Positions 52,101 through 64,000 of a stretch of 64,000 nucleotides of DNA are shown here, piece by piece (positions within the stretch are counted from its first letter, which is position 1; every line of letters begins with the position of its first letter). Both the position numbers and the translations under genes were made by a program. Source of the DNA: Octopus sinensis (taxonomy: Eukaryota); the NCBI RefSeq assembly GCF_006345805.1, contig NC_042999.1, positions 160,704,001-160,768,000 of the forward strand, written 5' to 3'. A model generated the notes under the pieces. That model ran no database searches, was not told the origin of the DNA, and was given only the letters and a program-made list of their open reading frames with translations.

Positions 52101-52989
52101 ATACATCCTTTAATATCTTATATCTAGACCTAGAGGCGTGGGCATATACGTGTGTGTATGTAGGGATGGGCGCGTATGTACATGTGAGTGTGTACGCGTA
52201 TAGTGTCCGTGTATGCATGCGGATATTCTGTTGTACGTATGTGTGTGTACGCGCGTGCATGTGGGTGCGTGTGTGTTTATGTACATGTTTACACGCGAGT
52301 GCGTGTGTATGCTTATAGGCTTGGAGGCGTATATGTACGCGTGTATGTGGGTGTATGTATCCATGATGATATGTATGTACTAGAAGTCCATTTAATTCAA
52401 GAAACCAGATTAAATGCTCATCAACTCTGATTTACAACACATTAGGTCCCCAGACGAAACTGTTGATTTACTGACAATTCTACAACTAAATTTTATCAAT
52501 CTCCTGACCACCATGCTTGGTCCGTAACCTCTATACATCCCTTATCTTTACATTCTTTTACATTTTTATCATGTTTTTATCATGTTTTTTTACTCTTATT
52601 TCTATTTCTATTTTCACTTTATAACCTTATGCCTTTACATTTACTTATATTTCTTTATATTTCTTTATATCCTTTATACCCCCTTTACATCTCCTTATAA
52701 CTCTTTATATCTTTATGCTCTACATTTTTATATTTTTCTATACTTACACCTTTTATACATTTGTTATCCCTGGTCCCGAATTCTCGCCCCTCCATCTTCA
52801 CGTCTATATATGTATTATTTATTTACATTACCTCAACATCCAGTTTTCCTCATTCTACATTGAGAGAAGAAGGAGATGGACGCTTCAATTCTATGCTGCT
52901 GCCGCATTATGTCGTACGCGAATGAGAGGATTCGCATCCCCAACCAAGAAATTTTGATGTAACACATGTCCTTGTGGAAGCTGTTGTGC

Positions 52990-53067
52990 GCGGCTGAAGA
53001 AGGCCACAGACATACATTATGCATTGTTATAAATCTGTCTAATAAAGGCCCGAAACATATGTACCGC
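52990..53067 (+). ncRNA. Type I hammerhead ribozyme motif in the right PLE arm
   Basis: GCGG-CTGAAGA-AGGCC...GGCCC-GAA-ACATATGT-A-CCGC; palindromic stem III, GUA cut after 53063, A.C at the base of stem II. Confidence 0.72.
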
Positions 53068-53715
53068 TGAATCCTTCGCATCATGTTTTTATTTTATTTT
53101 GATCAATTTTATATATATATAGTCCACTTATGCATACCTTTCCTTCTTGGGACACAAAACTCTACTTGTGAAGACCTGTTCTGGCAAGTTAAAAGCGAAA
53201 TTGATCAACATCAATGGAAACTGTAGCTGTGATACCAGTGCTGGTGGCACATAAGAGAACCATCCGAACGTGGCCGTTGCCAGTGCCGCCCCGACTGGCC
53301 TCCGTGCTGGTTGCACATAAAAAGCACCATCTGATCGTGGCCATTGCCTGCCTCGCCTGGCCTACATGCAAGTGGCCACGATCGAAAAGCACCATCCGAT
53401 TGTGGCCACTTGCCAGCTTCATCTGGCACCTGTGCCGGTGGCACATAAAAAGCACCCACTACACTCACGGAGTGGTTGGCGTTAGGAAGGGCATCTAGCC
53501 GTAGAAATATTGTCAGATCAGACTGGGCCTGGTGCAACCTTCTGGTTTCCCAGACCCCAGATGAACCGTCCAACCCATGCTAGCATGGAAAGCGGACGCT
53601 AAACGATGATGATGATAATGTATGCATGTTTCATAATGCTTCTTTGAATAATGTGTGTATGTGTATATATATATATATATATATAAATGCACACACACAC
53701 ACACATACACACACA

Positions 53716-53905
53716 TACGATAGCATACTGAAAAGTTCCTGGCTTTTGAGAGTATTGTGAAAAGCCTGGTTGGAAGCCTAGCCTTCTGAGTTCTTTTACA
53801 GGGCTTAGAAAAACTGAGACTGGAATATGTTGAATAAAACCATAATTAACTGACCCTCCTGTATTTTCTTTTACCCAAAGCCAGGAACTTTTCAGCACCC
53901 CCACC
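53716..53905. mobile_element. Mariner-derived MITE
   Basis: TIR cores CTGAAAAGTTCCTGGCTTT / AAAGCCAGGAACTTTTCAG. Confidence 0.7.
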
Positions 53906-55767
53906 TTCATATTTCATCAATATCATCATTTAATGTCCACGTTCCATGTTGGCACAGGCTAGACATACACTTACCCAGTACTTTCAAGGCATGTATCGCA
54001 AGTATTGTCTCTATGGAGATGAAACCAGGACTACACAGAAGGAGCTTGAAGTTTGGCTTGATGGTATGTATGCCAGGCTTCTCATGAGCATTCACAACAT
54101 CTCAGGGTAAGATCAAAGGGTTAAGTAGATTTACAGACACATTCTACCTATCCCGAATATCAATCTCCAATGCAGTGTAGGCTTTGCTAGCAACTACAAT
54201 TGTACTGAACATCAGACTATTTCACATTGTTATATTTTGGAGTTTCCCTTACCATATTATTGGACAAAGACCACCCATCTACACTGATGTCATGCCTAGA
54301 GACATGCAACATAATTCTGCACACCTACCAAAGCTAAAGGAGGGGCAGAGATTCCTTACATAACAAAGTGAAACACATCTCAGCCTAGGTCTCTTCACAA
54401 AGAGTATATTCTGGTGTTATTTTTTTAAATCTTGCAGTGCTTGTTTGAGTTGTTCCATGTTATTTCCTCTATCTATTGTTGAGTTGGTGTCTATTTTTAT
54501 TACATTCACCCCAGTGTAACTCTCCAAGTTTATTGCTAATCTTTATAATGGGTTTATCTCTCAGGACTCCATAGAATAGTATGATTCCAATTTCTCCTCA
54601 CCCTTATGGTCATATTTCAGCCATATCAAGCAGAGGCTGATACCGAAGTCCACTGGTTTCACATCTGCTTTTCTGTATTAGCAGAGGATGGACAGGGACA
54701 TGAGGCAGGATTTTATAGTGGGATGCTTTTCCTGTCCCCAACCCTTACCCATTTTTCAAGTAAGTGATCTTTTGCTTTTATTCTATAACTAGTCTGAATG
54801 TTAATAATGAATGTGAACATAATAGAGTTTTGTTCAGAAGGTGACAATCAAACCTATGGGATTTCAAATAACTGCATGGACATACACACACACCACCAAC
54901 ACCACCCTTTAACATTTATTTTCCATGCTGGCATGGGTTGGATGGTTTGACCAGCGCTGGTAAGCAGAAGAGCTGCACCAGGTCCCAGTCTGATTTTGCT
55001 TGGTTTCTACAGCATGTGCTTTTAACATGACACCAGCATGCTCAAATACAATGGGCTTCTTTCAGTTTTCATCTGTCACATTCACTCACAAGGCCTTGGT
55101 CAGCCCCGGGCTATGATAGGAAACAGTTGCCCAAGGTTCCATGGGGTAGGACTGAACCTCAGAGCATGTAGTTAAGAAGCAAACTTCTTACCACACAACC
55201 ATGCTACTACCTATAGAGACACCTATGCTTGTAACATCTGTACTGAAATTAATTACAATTTTATGTAATAATTTTTACCTTATTTGATCTCATTCTTTTT
55301 ATTTGGTCATCAATTTTTGAAGGAAGAATCATAAATCATTGAATTAACATCCATTTATTACTTATTGCTACTTATTTTATGAACTTAGAAGAAATGAAAG
55401 ACAAAGTCTCTCTGGGATCTTGGAAGGATTTCATCTCAAAATATATATATAAAAAAAAAAGAAATATCTATATACAGTAAAGTGTCTGTCTTTAGTCTCT
55501 ACTATGTCAAACAACAAAGGCCTTCAAGTGGTCACTTAACCAGCTAGAAGTAGTAGCCCAAAACTCCTTCAAATAATTCCCAGGCTTCTAAACAAAAATG
55601 AACACGCTAAGTAATGTAGTCCTAGATACACAATGCGTGAAAATGAAATGGACATGGCTAGAATGCTATTAATATATTTGATCATAGCTGACCTGGCACT
55701 AAAAAACAATAACAATAAACTTGGTGCCCTAAATTTTACAATGAAAATTACAACCAGTGTTACTTAC

Positions 55768-55873
55768 CGTTGTATTCTCATCTCTAATCTTGCCTTTTGA
55801 TTTCCAGAATCTTTTAGGATATGATCCAGGCAAATAGATATGTCGTGAACACTTATTTTCACTCTTGATAACA
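55768..55873 (-). CDS. ATG2: ATG2 exon: VLSRVKISVHDISICLDHILKDSGNQKARLEMRIQR
   Basis: Acceptor tttccattccag, donor CG|gtaagt; matches 'VLRRIKVTF...EVRVQR'. Confidence 0.92.
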
Positions 55874-55946
55874 CTGGAATGGAAAAAAATAATAAATAAA
55901 CGCATATAAATACAAATAAAAAATGAAAAATATGAATGGTAATTTA

Positions 55947-56620
55947 CGAGGGGGTACCCAAAAGTAACTAGAAATATCCTGTGGGACAAGCCCGTTGTAG
56001 CTTAGGCTTCCGCTGCTAGAAGTCAGTTGATACGACCCTCAGACATCAGTCTGCTGACCAGCAGTGTCCAGTGAGACCATACTGCCACCTAGTGTGTCTT
56101 TGTTTTACAGTGCTTCTCCTCTGTTCATTCGTTTTTGCAATGGCTAAAACAAAAGAACAGCAAGTTTCCATAAAATTCTGTTTTCTGCTGGAGAAAAAAG
56201 TGGCCGAAACAGTTGTCATACTTCAAACAGCTTACAAAGACACTGCCATAAGCAAAATACAAGTTTACAAGTGGTTCCACTTGTATGTGGACCGTTTAGG
56301 AAAGGTCAATTGTTGCTTGAAAACCAACCTTGTTCAGGGTGATCATTACTTACCAAACAAATGAAAACATCATGAAAATTCATGAACTAATCTTGGAAGA
56401 CTGTCGCCAACAAATTTTGAGTGAGGAATTGCTATTGAAAAGAGTTGCAGTAAAATTAGAACCTCGCTCACTCATGGAAGATCAAAAGCAGTCATGACTG
56501 AATGCATGTCATGAACTGAAAGAACAGTTGGAAGTTTTTTTTAAGGTCATCACGGGTGATGAAAGCTGGTGCTACGGCTATTACGGAGATGTACTTGCAT
56601 AGCAAGTGACCTAACCTGAG
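55947..56620 (+). mobile_element. Mariner remnant (left end + N-terminal transposase)
   Basis: TA|CGAGGGGG terminus; EQQVSIKFCFLLEKKVAETVVILQTAY...QVYKWF HTH; later ITGDESW-like motif. Confidence 0.75.
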
Positions 56621-58010
56621 ATTGTGTGCTTGAACAAAAACAATTGCAGCATGGAAGGTGTTTATAAGCCATTTAAGAAACACACAAAAACTGTTAGATT
56701 CACTTCAACATTTAAATATCATTTGTGTCAAAATATTTTCGGCGCTTTGAGACTGCAACTTGTTCACTGACAAAACTGCATGCTGCATCTGAGAAAGTAA
56801 CACCTAGTTCGTGATATATATGTGTTTATATATCACGTGACCACATGACCGACCAGACCATCAGATGTTGTTACACATCGCTGGTCACAATGCGTTCGCA
56901 TTGCTTTAGCCTTCGAATGAAGCCACCCCGCTGGCTAAGCGAGCAGGCCAACAGAAGAAAGAGTGGGAGAAACAGTGGTGAAAGAGTACAGTAGGGATCA
57001 CCAACCCCCTGCCGGAACGTCGTGTAGCTTTTAGGTGTTTTCGCTCAATAAACACTCACAACGCCCGGTCTGGGAATCGAAACCACAATCCTGCGACCGC
57101 GAGTCCGCTGCCCTAACCACTGGGCCATTGCGGCTCCAATAATAAAATTAAATGTGTTTATATATATATGCAACACAGAATTTTGTCAGTGAACAGGTCA
57201 CAGTCTCAAAGCGGTGAAACATATAGTGTGTTTAATAATGTACCTAATGCAGAAAGACACTCATACACTCACACACATACACTCACAGACAGCTGCAGTC
57301 ATATACAAAATGTAATGTCATCGTCATCGTGATTAGAATTAAAAGTAAAAGTATAAAAGTGAAGCAATATATCACATTACAATACAGATGTTATTTCTTC
57401 ACTTTTATTCTTTGAGTTTTGACACGTGATAAGGAACCAGTGCCAATGCTGCATTGTTTTAATCTAATAAAATTATATGTTGACACTCAAGGGGTCTGAT
57501 AGCATTACCATGTAAAATTTGATTTGATTTGGTTGAGCCATTTGAGAATGCATTGGGAACAGACAGAGATGTGAAGAATTTTAAATATATATATAATTAC
57601 CATTTTTATGTAAGAGATAGTATAGTTTATAATAATCATAACTTTATACATTTAACATTAATGAATCGTTGATTAGAAGTTTTTTTTTTAATGAATTCCG
57701 AATGTGAATAAAATATATCCTTATTCATTTTTTCATAATAGTATATAGAAATTTTTGGAAAAATATATTTCCTACTCCATCATAAATTCTTAACATATGA
57801 TATAAATTTCATCATATAGACTTTATATAATAAGAATGAATAGCAATTATTTTAGATTAAAATATCTTTAGATTAATATTATTAAAGAGGCATAAGGACA
57901 TTTTATGACCATTGTTTGGTCATTTTATGTAATTGTTTGGTCAAATTAATTTATTTTATCTATTTGAATTTTGGTTTTGCTTTTATTATATTTATTATAC
58001 TCTCTCTTTT

Positions 58011-58413
58011 ACTCTCTTTTACTTGTTTCAGTCATTTGACTGCGGCCATGCTGGAGCAACGCCTTTAGTCGAGCAAATCGACCCCAGGACTTATTCTTTG
58101 GAAGCCCAGTACTTATTCTATCGGTCTCTTTTGCCAAACCGCTAAGTGACGGGGACATAAACACACCCGCATTGGTTGTCAAGCAATGCTAGGGGGACAA
58201 ACACAGACACACAAACACACACATACATATATATATACACATTTATACGACAAGCTTCTTTCAGTTTCCATCTACCAAATCCATTCACAAGGCATTGGTC
58301 GGCTTGGGGCTATAGCAGAAGACACTTGCCCAAGATGCCACACAGTGGGACTGAACCTGGAACCATGAGGCTGGTTAGCAAGCTACTTACCACACAACCA
58401 CTCCTGCGCCTAT
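58011..58413 (-). mobile_element. SINE family A
   Basis: Full family A body; twin copy at 59052-59464. Confidence 0.85.
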
Positions 58414-58582
58414 TTTATATTTTAAAATTATTAATGCTAACACTTATAAACATAAGTATATTTTAAATCAATCTATTTTATGATTTAGCAGTCCTCGCAT
58501 GAATGGTCATAAAATGTCCTTATGCCTCTTTACTAATATTAATCTAAAGATATTTTAATCTAAAGTTTTTAAACAAATATTA

Positions 58583-58659
58583 CCCTGATGAGATTCATAT
58601 ATATAAATGTGAATTTTTTATAAATTCACTAGTGGATATGAATTGAAACAAATTGTAGG
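58583..58659 (+). ncRNA. Type I hammerhead motif with long branched stem II
   Basis: CC-CTGATGA-GATTCATAT...ATATGAATT-GAA-ACAAATTGT-A-GG; 9-bp stem II with inner GTGAATTT/AAATTCAC hairpin; stem I only 2 bp. Confidence 0.62.
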
Positions 58660-59051
58660 ATATATGTTTGTTTTAATAATTTGTTATATTATATTATATC
58701 TTTTTATAGTATAATTATATGATATTATAATGTTAATAAATTTATAATATGTCAATTGTATTTCTCTATTTCCTTTAATATTCATATATTGAAAATTATA
58801 CCATTTTAAGTTCTAATTTTTTCTCTACTATATTTTGGTATTTAACTGAAGAACCAATGAAAGTTGGATGTTTTCCATCCTTTTCAAGGAAATCTTTTTT
58901 TCCTTGGATTGAATAATAATAATATACATATATATATATACATGAGTACTGGTATCCCATGGTTTCATAAAATAGCGATATTCTTTATGTTCCTTGTTGA
59001 CATTATGACTGTTTGCTCTGAGTCTTCAAACACCAGTGGAATAAGAAATCC

Positions 59052-59264
59052 TTTACTCTTTTACTCTTTTACTCGTTTCAGTCATTTGACTGCGGCCATG
59101 CTGGAGCACCGCCTTTAATCGAGCAACTCGACCCCGGCACTTATTCTTTGTAAGCCCAGTACTTATTCTATCGGTCTCTTTTGCCAAACCGCTAAGTGAC
59201 GGGGACATAAACACACCCGCATTGGTTGTCAAGCAATGCTAGGGGGACAAACACAGACACACAA

Positions 59265-59297
<33 letters not shown>

Positions 59298-59464
59298 CAT
59301 ATATACGACGGGCTTCTTTCAGTTTCCGTCTACCAAATCCACTCACCAGGCTTTGGTCGGCCCGAGGCTATAGTAGAAGACACTTGCCCAAGGTGCCATG
59401 CAGTGGGACTGAACCCGGAACCATGTGGCTGGTAAACAAGCTACTTACCACACAGCCACTCCTG
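59052..59464 (-). mobile_element. SINE family A
   Basis: Full family A body with (cttttact)n end. Confidence 0.85.
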
Positions 59465-59750
59465 CTTTTAAAAACAGCTAACAGTCAGCAAAAGGAAGAG
59501 TATCTACTTGCAAAATCCTGCTTCATATGCATCCTCTTCCAGCATGGAAAAATGCACATTCAATGAATGAATGAATAATATTTAAAAATAATAAATATTA
59601 TAAAGAGTAAGCAACTTCTCTAAAAATCATTGAACGTTCAACTAATCAAGAGGGTAACAGAATATTTCAGAGTAAGAACATTGATACACTGAAAACCAAA
59701 AGCGGAAAATTCTCAAAACTTTGTCATAGTAGAATAGGAAAACGTCTCAC

Positions 59751-59897
59751 CAGAATCAATAGTGTCAGCAAAAGTATTTGCACCATTATATTTGGTGTTT
59801 TCTTCACTAATTTTTTCATTTCGAAGCATCTCTTCAGCCATCTGCAAGCTAGATGTCATACTTGTTATACTTGAAACCATTTCTTCAAATGAAGGCC
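59751..59897 (-). CDS. ATG2: ATG2 exon: GPSFEEMVSSITSMTSSLQMAEEMLRNEKISEENTKYNGANTFADTIDS
   Basis: Acceptor ttattttcatag, donor G|gtgag; matches ATG2 'MTTSLQLAQECL...FAQTIET'. Confidence 0.93.
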
Positions 59898-60120
59898 CTA
59901 TGAAAATAAAGACAGCTTTGACTTTACACCAAGAAAGTATTTAGAACTGCTGAAATTATCTGTGACACACAAATAGAAATTTTTTAAAAAAATAATAAAC
60001 TGAAGAAGGTATTGAATTTTTAGCTAAAGAGTCTGAGAATATATATCTACATTAGAGGGGAAAAGCATAGCATATCAACATTGAACACAAATTATATTTA
60101 TTTTCATACCCTTTACTTTC

Positions 60121-60780
60121 TTAACCCTCAAGTGTTTAACCCTTTCATTACTGTATTTATTTTGGGATGCTCTGTGTTTCTTTCAATTACTTTAAATATA
60201 ACAAGGAATTTAGTAAAATAACTTCATTATCATTAAGCTGGAGTTAGGAACATAAATTGTGACTAAGGTTTGGTGGAAGATTTTAATTCAAAACTTATGA
60301 AAACAAGACATTTGTATTACAGAGCCAGAGCCGGTTTCAGCCGGGTTGGTAATGAAAGGGTTAAGCCAGCCCAAATATTTTTTTGTTTATGGTTCAAAAT
60401 GGCCAGATTCTGCCTTTTACATTACAATGTCATTTTGAAAATAAACAATTACATTATGGAAATGTTGAAGCCACAATATAATGCATGATCAATTCAAAAC
60501 AATGTGAATAAATAAGCATTACATTTGACCGAGTAATCTGAATGTTAGGTGGTTAACCCTTTAGTGTTCAAATTACTCAGTTAAATGTAAATATTTTTTT
60601 ACTCAAATTGTTTTTAATTAATCCTGCATTATCTTATAGCTTTTGAGGTTTCAGTGATGTGATTGTTTATTTTTAGAATGTCAATGTAGGTTATGTGTGA
60701 GAGGCTAGATATCACCAGTTTGAATATAAAACATAGAATATTTGGGCCGGATATGGCCGGTTTAAACACTAAAGGGTTAA
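60121..60780. mobile_element. Cluster of three piggyBac-type MITEs joined at TTAA sites
   Basis: TTAA at 60121, 60136, 60361, 60553, 60777. Confidence 0.8.
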
Positions 60781-61129
60781 ATATTGTTTTTATATTCAAA
60801 TAGTTGCTGTTTTACTACTATTTTTCAAAACCATGCAGATATCTAAATGTAGATATCTTTAAAACTAGTAGTTCATCTTACAACTGATCACAAAACCATG
60901 AACTAGGAGTGTAGGGAAATCTGTACTCAGGCAAATTGATAGAAAAAAAGTTATAAAGCTGTTTCCTGAGGCTCAAGGTTATTACTGTAGTAGACAATAT
61001 TTATAATAAAACTCTACATTCAAATTAACCATGGGCCTTACAGCTCCCACTTCATGAGTTATCCCATGAGCAATTGTAATTATAACAGGATAGAAGATTA
61101 AATTTTCATAAACATATATTCAAAATTAC

Positions 61130-61298
61130 CATTTTCTGAGCGGCATTTTGGTCTGAGTTCTAGTTTCAATCCATGAACTTCAAATAGGGTACTGCTCCCT
61201 AGCAATGTTGACCATGGTATGGAAACTGTTATTTCATCAATAACACTGCTTACTAACTCCACAGGTACTGAGTAGGTCTTCAGCCATTGGTTGATAAA
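61130..61298 (-). CDS. ATG2: ATG2 exon: FINQWLKTYSVPVELVSSVIDEITVSIPWSTLLGSSTLFEVHGLKLELRPKCRSEN
   Basis: Acceptor ttttattttgcag, donor G|gtaatt; Chorein_N-type 'I.V.IPW..LL' motif. Confidence 0.93.
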
Positions 61299-61376
61299 CT
61301 GCAAAATAAAAGTCCAAATAACATAAAAGTAAAAAAAAAAATAAGTAGGAAAATACACAAAACAAAACAAAAACTA

Positions 61377-62613
61377 CAAGGGTAGGCTGAAAAGTTTATA
61401 GGCTGACTATGAAGGAGTGATGCTAGAGCTGTGAAATTTTGCATGCATTGATTTCAACCCTTCTTATTAATAACTACATTGTTTCTGTTCAGGTAAACTA
61501 ATATCTGACTGTTCAAAGAAGGCTTCAAAAGTAACTAGTCGTGACTTCTCTTGAAAACTGTCAAATTTGGCATCATGATGTTATCAAGTACCTGCAGAAA
61601 AAGGGTTTAGCCCCCCAACGACATTCATGCTAACATGGTTGCACATTAGGGGATGACATTCCAGCTCTATCAACAGTCCAAAATTGGGCAGCCGAATTTA
61701 GGAGGGGAAAAGAGAGTCTTGAAGATGACCCAAGGTCTAGATGTCCTACAACTGTCACCACCGAAGAAAACATTATGTTCACCACATGAGATGGATGATG
61801 GGCAATTGACTAAAAATCAGATAGCCAATGCTATTAGTATATCACATAAGAGAGTTGAGAATATTCTTCACAATGAACTTGCCATGACAAACATTTCTGC
61901 TCGGTGGGTGCCACCACTTCTAAAACCTGCTCAAAAGTGCACCAGGCTGATCACATCATGAGAAAATTTGACATTGCTTGAAGCAGAGCTAAGCCAAGAT
62001 GAGTGCTGGCTTCACCACTTTGAGCCAGAGACAATCCATGCTGTGGAAACACCCCTCCTCATCTCTTCAAAGAAGGTCATGATCATTTCACCTACAAAGG
62101 TGGTGATGGCTTGTCCTTTATGAAGCAAAAGGTATTGTGTTTATTGACTGTCTTGAAAAGGGCCACACCATCAATGGAGAGTGCTATTCCAACTTCCTGT
62201 GGCAGTTATGAAACACTATTAAGGTCAAACACTCAGGAAAACTGATGAGAGGTGTCTTGTTTCATCAGGAGAATGCCCCAGCACACAATCCTTGGTTTCA
62301 ATGGCTGTTGTGCATGACTATGGCTTTGAACCTGCTGACCACCCTCCCTATTCTTCTCATTTAGCCCAATCTGTTGCCCAGCATGTAAAAAACACTTGGC
62401 TGGGAACCAGTATGACAGTGATGATGTCATATATACTGTTGACTATTTTGACCAACAGGATAAAAGCTTCTTCACCAATGAGATCCAAACACTGCAACAC
62501 CAATGGAAGATGTGTGTGGACCACAAAAGAGAGTATGTTGAAAAATAAATTTCATTTGGTCACATTCCATGAGTGTATCTTGGTTGACCTGTGAACTTTT
62601 CAGCCAACCTTCG
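61377..62613 (+). mobile_element. Full-length-sized dead mariner element (~1.24 kb)
   Basis: TA TSDs; imperfect TIRs c(a/g)a(g/a)ggt(a/t)ggctgaaaagtt; remnants WVPPLLKP and HPPYSSHLAQS (cf. WVPHEL, YSPDLAP). Confidence 0.85.
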
Positions 62614-63399
62614 TAGAGTGAAGACTGGAGTAAATATTACTGAATATTTACTTCAAAACTACATTTTCAAAAAACCATATCCAAGAACATTAAAGTCTGA
62701 TTTTTAATTTCATAGACAGCGTCATTGAGAGGCCTTATGGAATATCCTATAATACTATAACATTCCTGAGAAGTATGTCAATATCGTTAGGAATATCTAT
62801 GTAAATTCAAAATGTTGTGTACAAAGAGACTCAGGTGATATAGGTCAACAGGTATTAGTACAAATAAACAAAAACTTTTTACACAGAATATTCACCAACT
62901 GTAACTTCACCAACGTAAATACATACCCATTAGACAGAAAGTTCTTGACCAAAGAATTAGTCCACTTAGTAACTATCTATTCTCACTCTTCAAACCTAAC
63001 ATACATCAATCTTAGAGCCAACATATTTAAGAGTAGTTATTATAAACAAACAGATTTCTCATAACACCAGCAGAAGAAATATTCCTTTATCACAACACAT
63101 ATGGTCACTGAAAGAAAATAATAAACCCTATACTATAAAGCAGAAAATATTCTCGTTATCCAAACCTTATTCTGATAATCATAGGCCTTGCCAATTACAC
63201 ACCACCAAATCACTTGAGATTTGGTGGTGCATAATTTGGTGGTCTCTTCCAAACTACTAAATAAAAATTCTGGACTAATCATTAAATGCCTACATAAAAC
63301 TTACAAATCACTCAGACACTTTAAACCCATGCAAATTCACAAATAGATAACACTGTCTAGCATAATCCGTTCTTCATAAAATTATGTTTCAAAAAAAAA

Positions 63400-63850
63400 A
63401 CAGTTCACAGAGCTCAGAGAGTTATTACCTCTGTTGGCAACAAAAAGTCTCCCTCAGAGTGAAAGATAAAATGTATAATGCTTGTGTATGAATGGCTATA
63501 TCCATGGTAGTGAAACATGGGCTCTGAATGAAGAAGACATATGTAGACTAGACAGGAATGAAGGCAGCCTGCTCCATTGGATGGGCAACATCAGTGTGCA
63601 TGTATGACAAAGTGCAAATGTGTTGCGAGAAAAGTTAGGCTTAAAAGGAATTAAGACTACGTTAGTTTGCACATGTGATGCATATGAATAAAGACGGCTG
63701 TATAAAGAAGTGCCAATCACTGAAAGTGGATGGCACCTGTGGAAGAAGGAGATCTGGGAAGACATAGGATAAAGTGGTGAGGACCAACCTCAGGATGTTG
63801 GGCTACGTTGAGAAAGCGACAATATACCGAGATGTCTGGTGACAGGAGAT
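63400..63850 (+). mobile_element. Decayed RTE LINE fragment
   Basis: FRELLPLLATKSL...HGSETWAL...LLHWM...GTCGR; a further RT scrap at ~62700-62830. Confidence 0.7.
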
Positions 63851-64000
63851 TCTTGAGAAGACCCACCCACGTCAACAAAACTGAGTTTTAGAAGCGCAAT
63901 GGGTTCCACCCACATGTAACAAGAATAAAACTTTTCCCACACCCTACCCCCAACAAACCAAACTACATCTCTTCTCTTCCTCACATTTCCTCTTTTCGTG

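Larger units (their letters stand above)
47317..53109 (-). mobile_element. Penelope-like retroelement, 5'-truncated, with a 2.2-kb inverted copy of its 3' end
   Basis: Arms 47317-49526 and 50946-53109 are near-perfect reverse complements. Core ORF 50945->49334 has FDVAMGSSDSAQV..LVGAYLL, GGLYRDD, VNFLDVTLDL and GIY-YIG (VIYSC...TYIGC...RYYNH...CQLC), with one 1-nt frameshift near 50590. Confidence 0.93.
31679..61298 (-). other. ATG2: ATG2 (autophagy-related protein 2) gene, visible part: 11 coding exons, N-terminal Chorein_N region onward; 5' and 3' exons outside the window or not found
   Basis: Exon lengths 169,147,106,202,198,97,180,123,54,259,187 (1722 nt). All are GT-AG, and phases chain 0-1-1-2-0-0-1-1-1-1-2-0. 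Peptides are collinear with human ATG2A as I recall it (e.g. MKMKQNEAVAGPK|LEVDLQVGSL vs VKLKQNEAFPGPK|LEVAGQLGSL). Confidence 0.93.

Overview
AT-rich animal DNA, most likely a coleoid cephalopod (Octopus-like, inferred from the SINE/RTE/MITE repeat families). The backbone is an ATG2 (autophagy-related 2) gene on the minus strand: 11 internal coding exons (61298 down to 31679, 574 codons) have GT-AG ends and splice phases that chain without a break. The 5' exons lie beyond 64000. I found no further exon below 31679, so the left half is probably one very large intron. That region holds two paralogous single-coding-exon LRR + FN3-like + TM receptor genes on the opposite strand (5546-8305 intact; 25173-27700 with one 1-bp frameshift). 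The paralogs are a mosaic of ~100% identical blocks and strongly diverged central LRRs, stalks and cytoplasmic tails. The introns are packed with mobile DNA: a 5.8-kb Penelope-like element with 2.2-kb inverted arms, a complete hAT with TIRs and an 8-bp TSD, mariner, Helitron, piggyBac-type MITEs, R4/Dong, Hero, RTE and several tRNA-SINE families. At least five readable hammerhead-ribozyme motifs are present, plus decayed relics; one lies in the probable 3' UTR of the first LRR gene. All alignments were done by eye.
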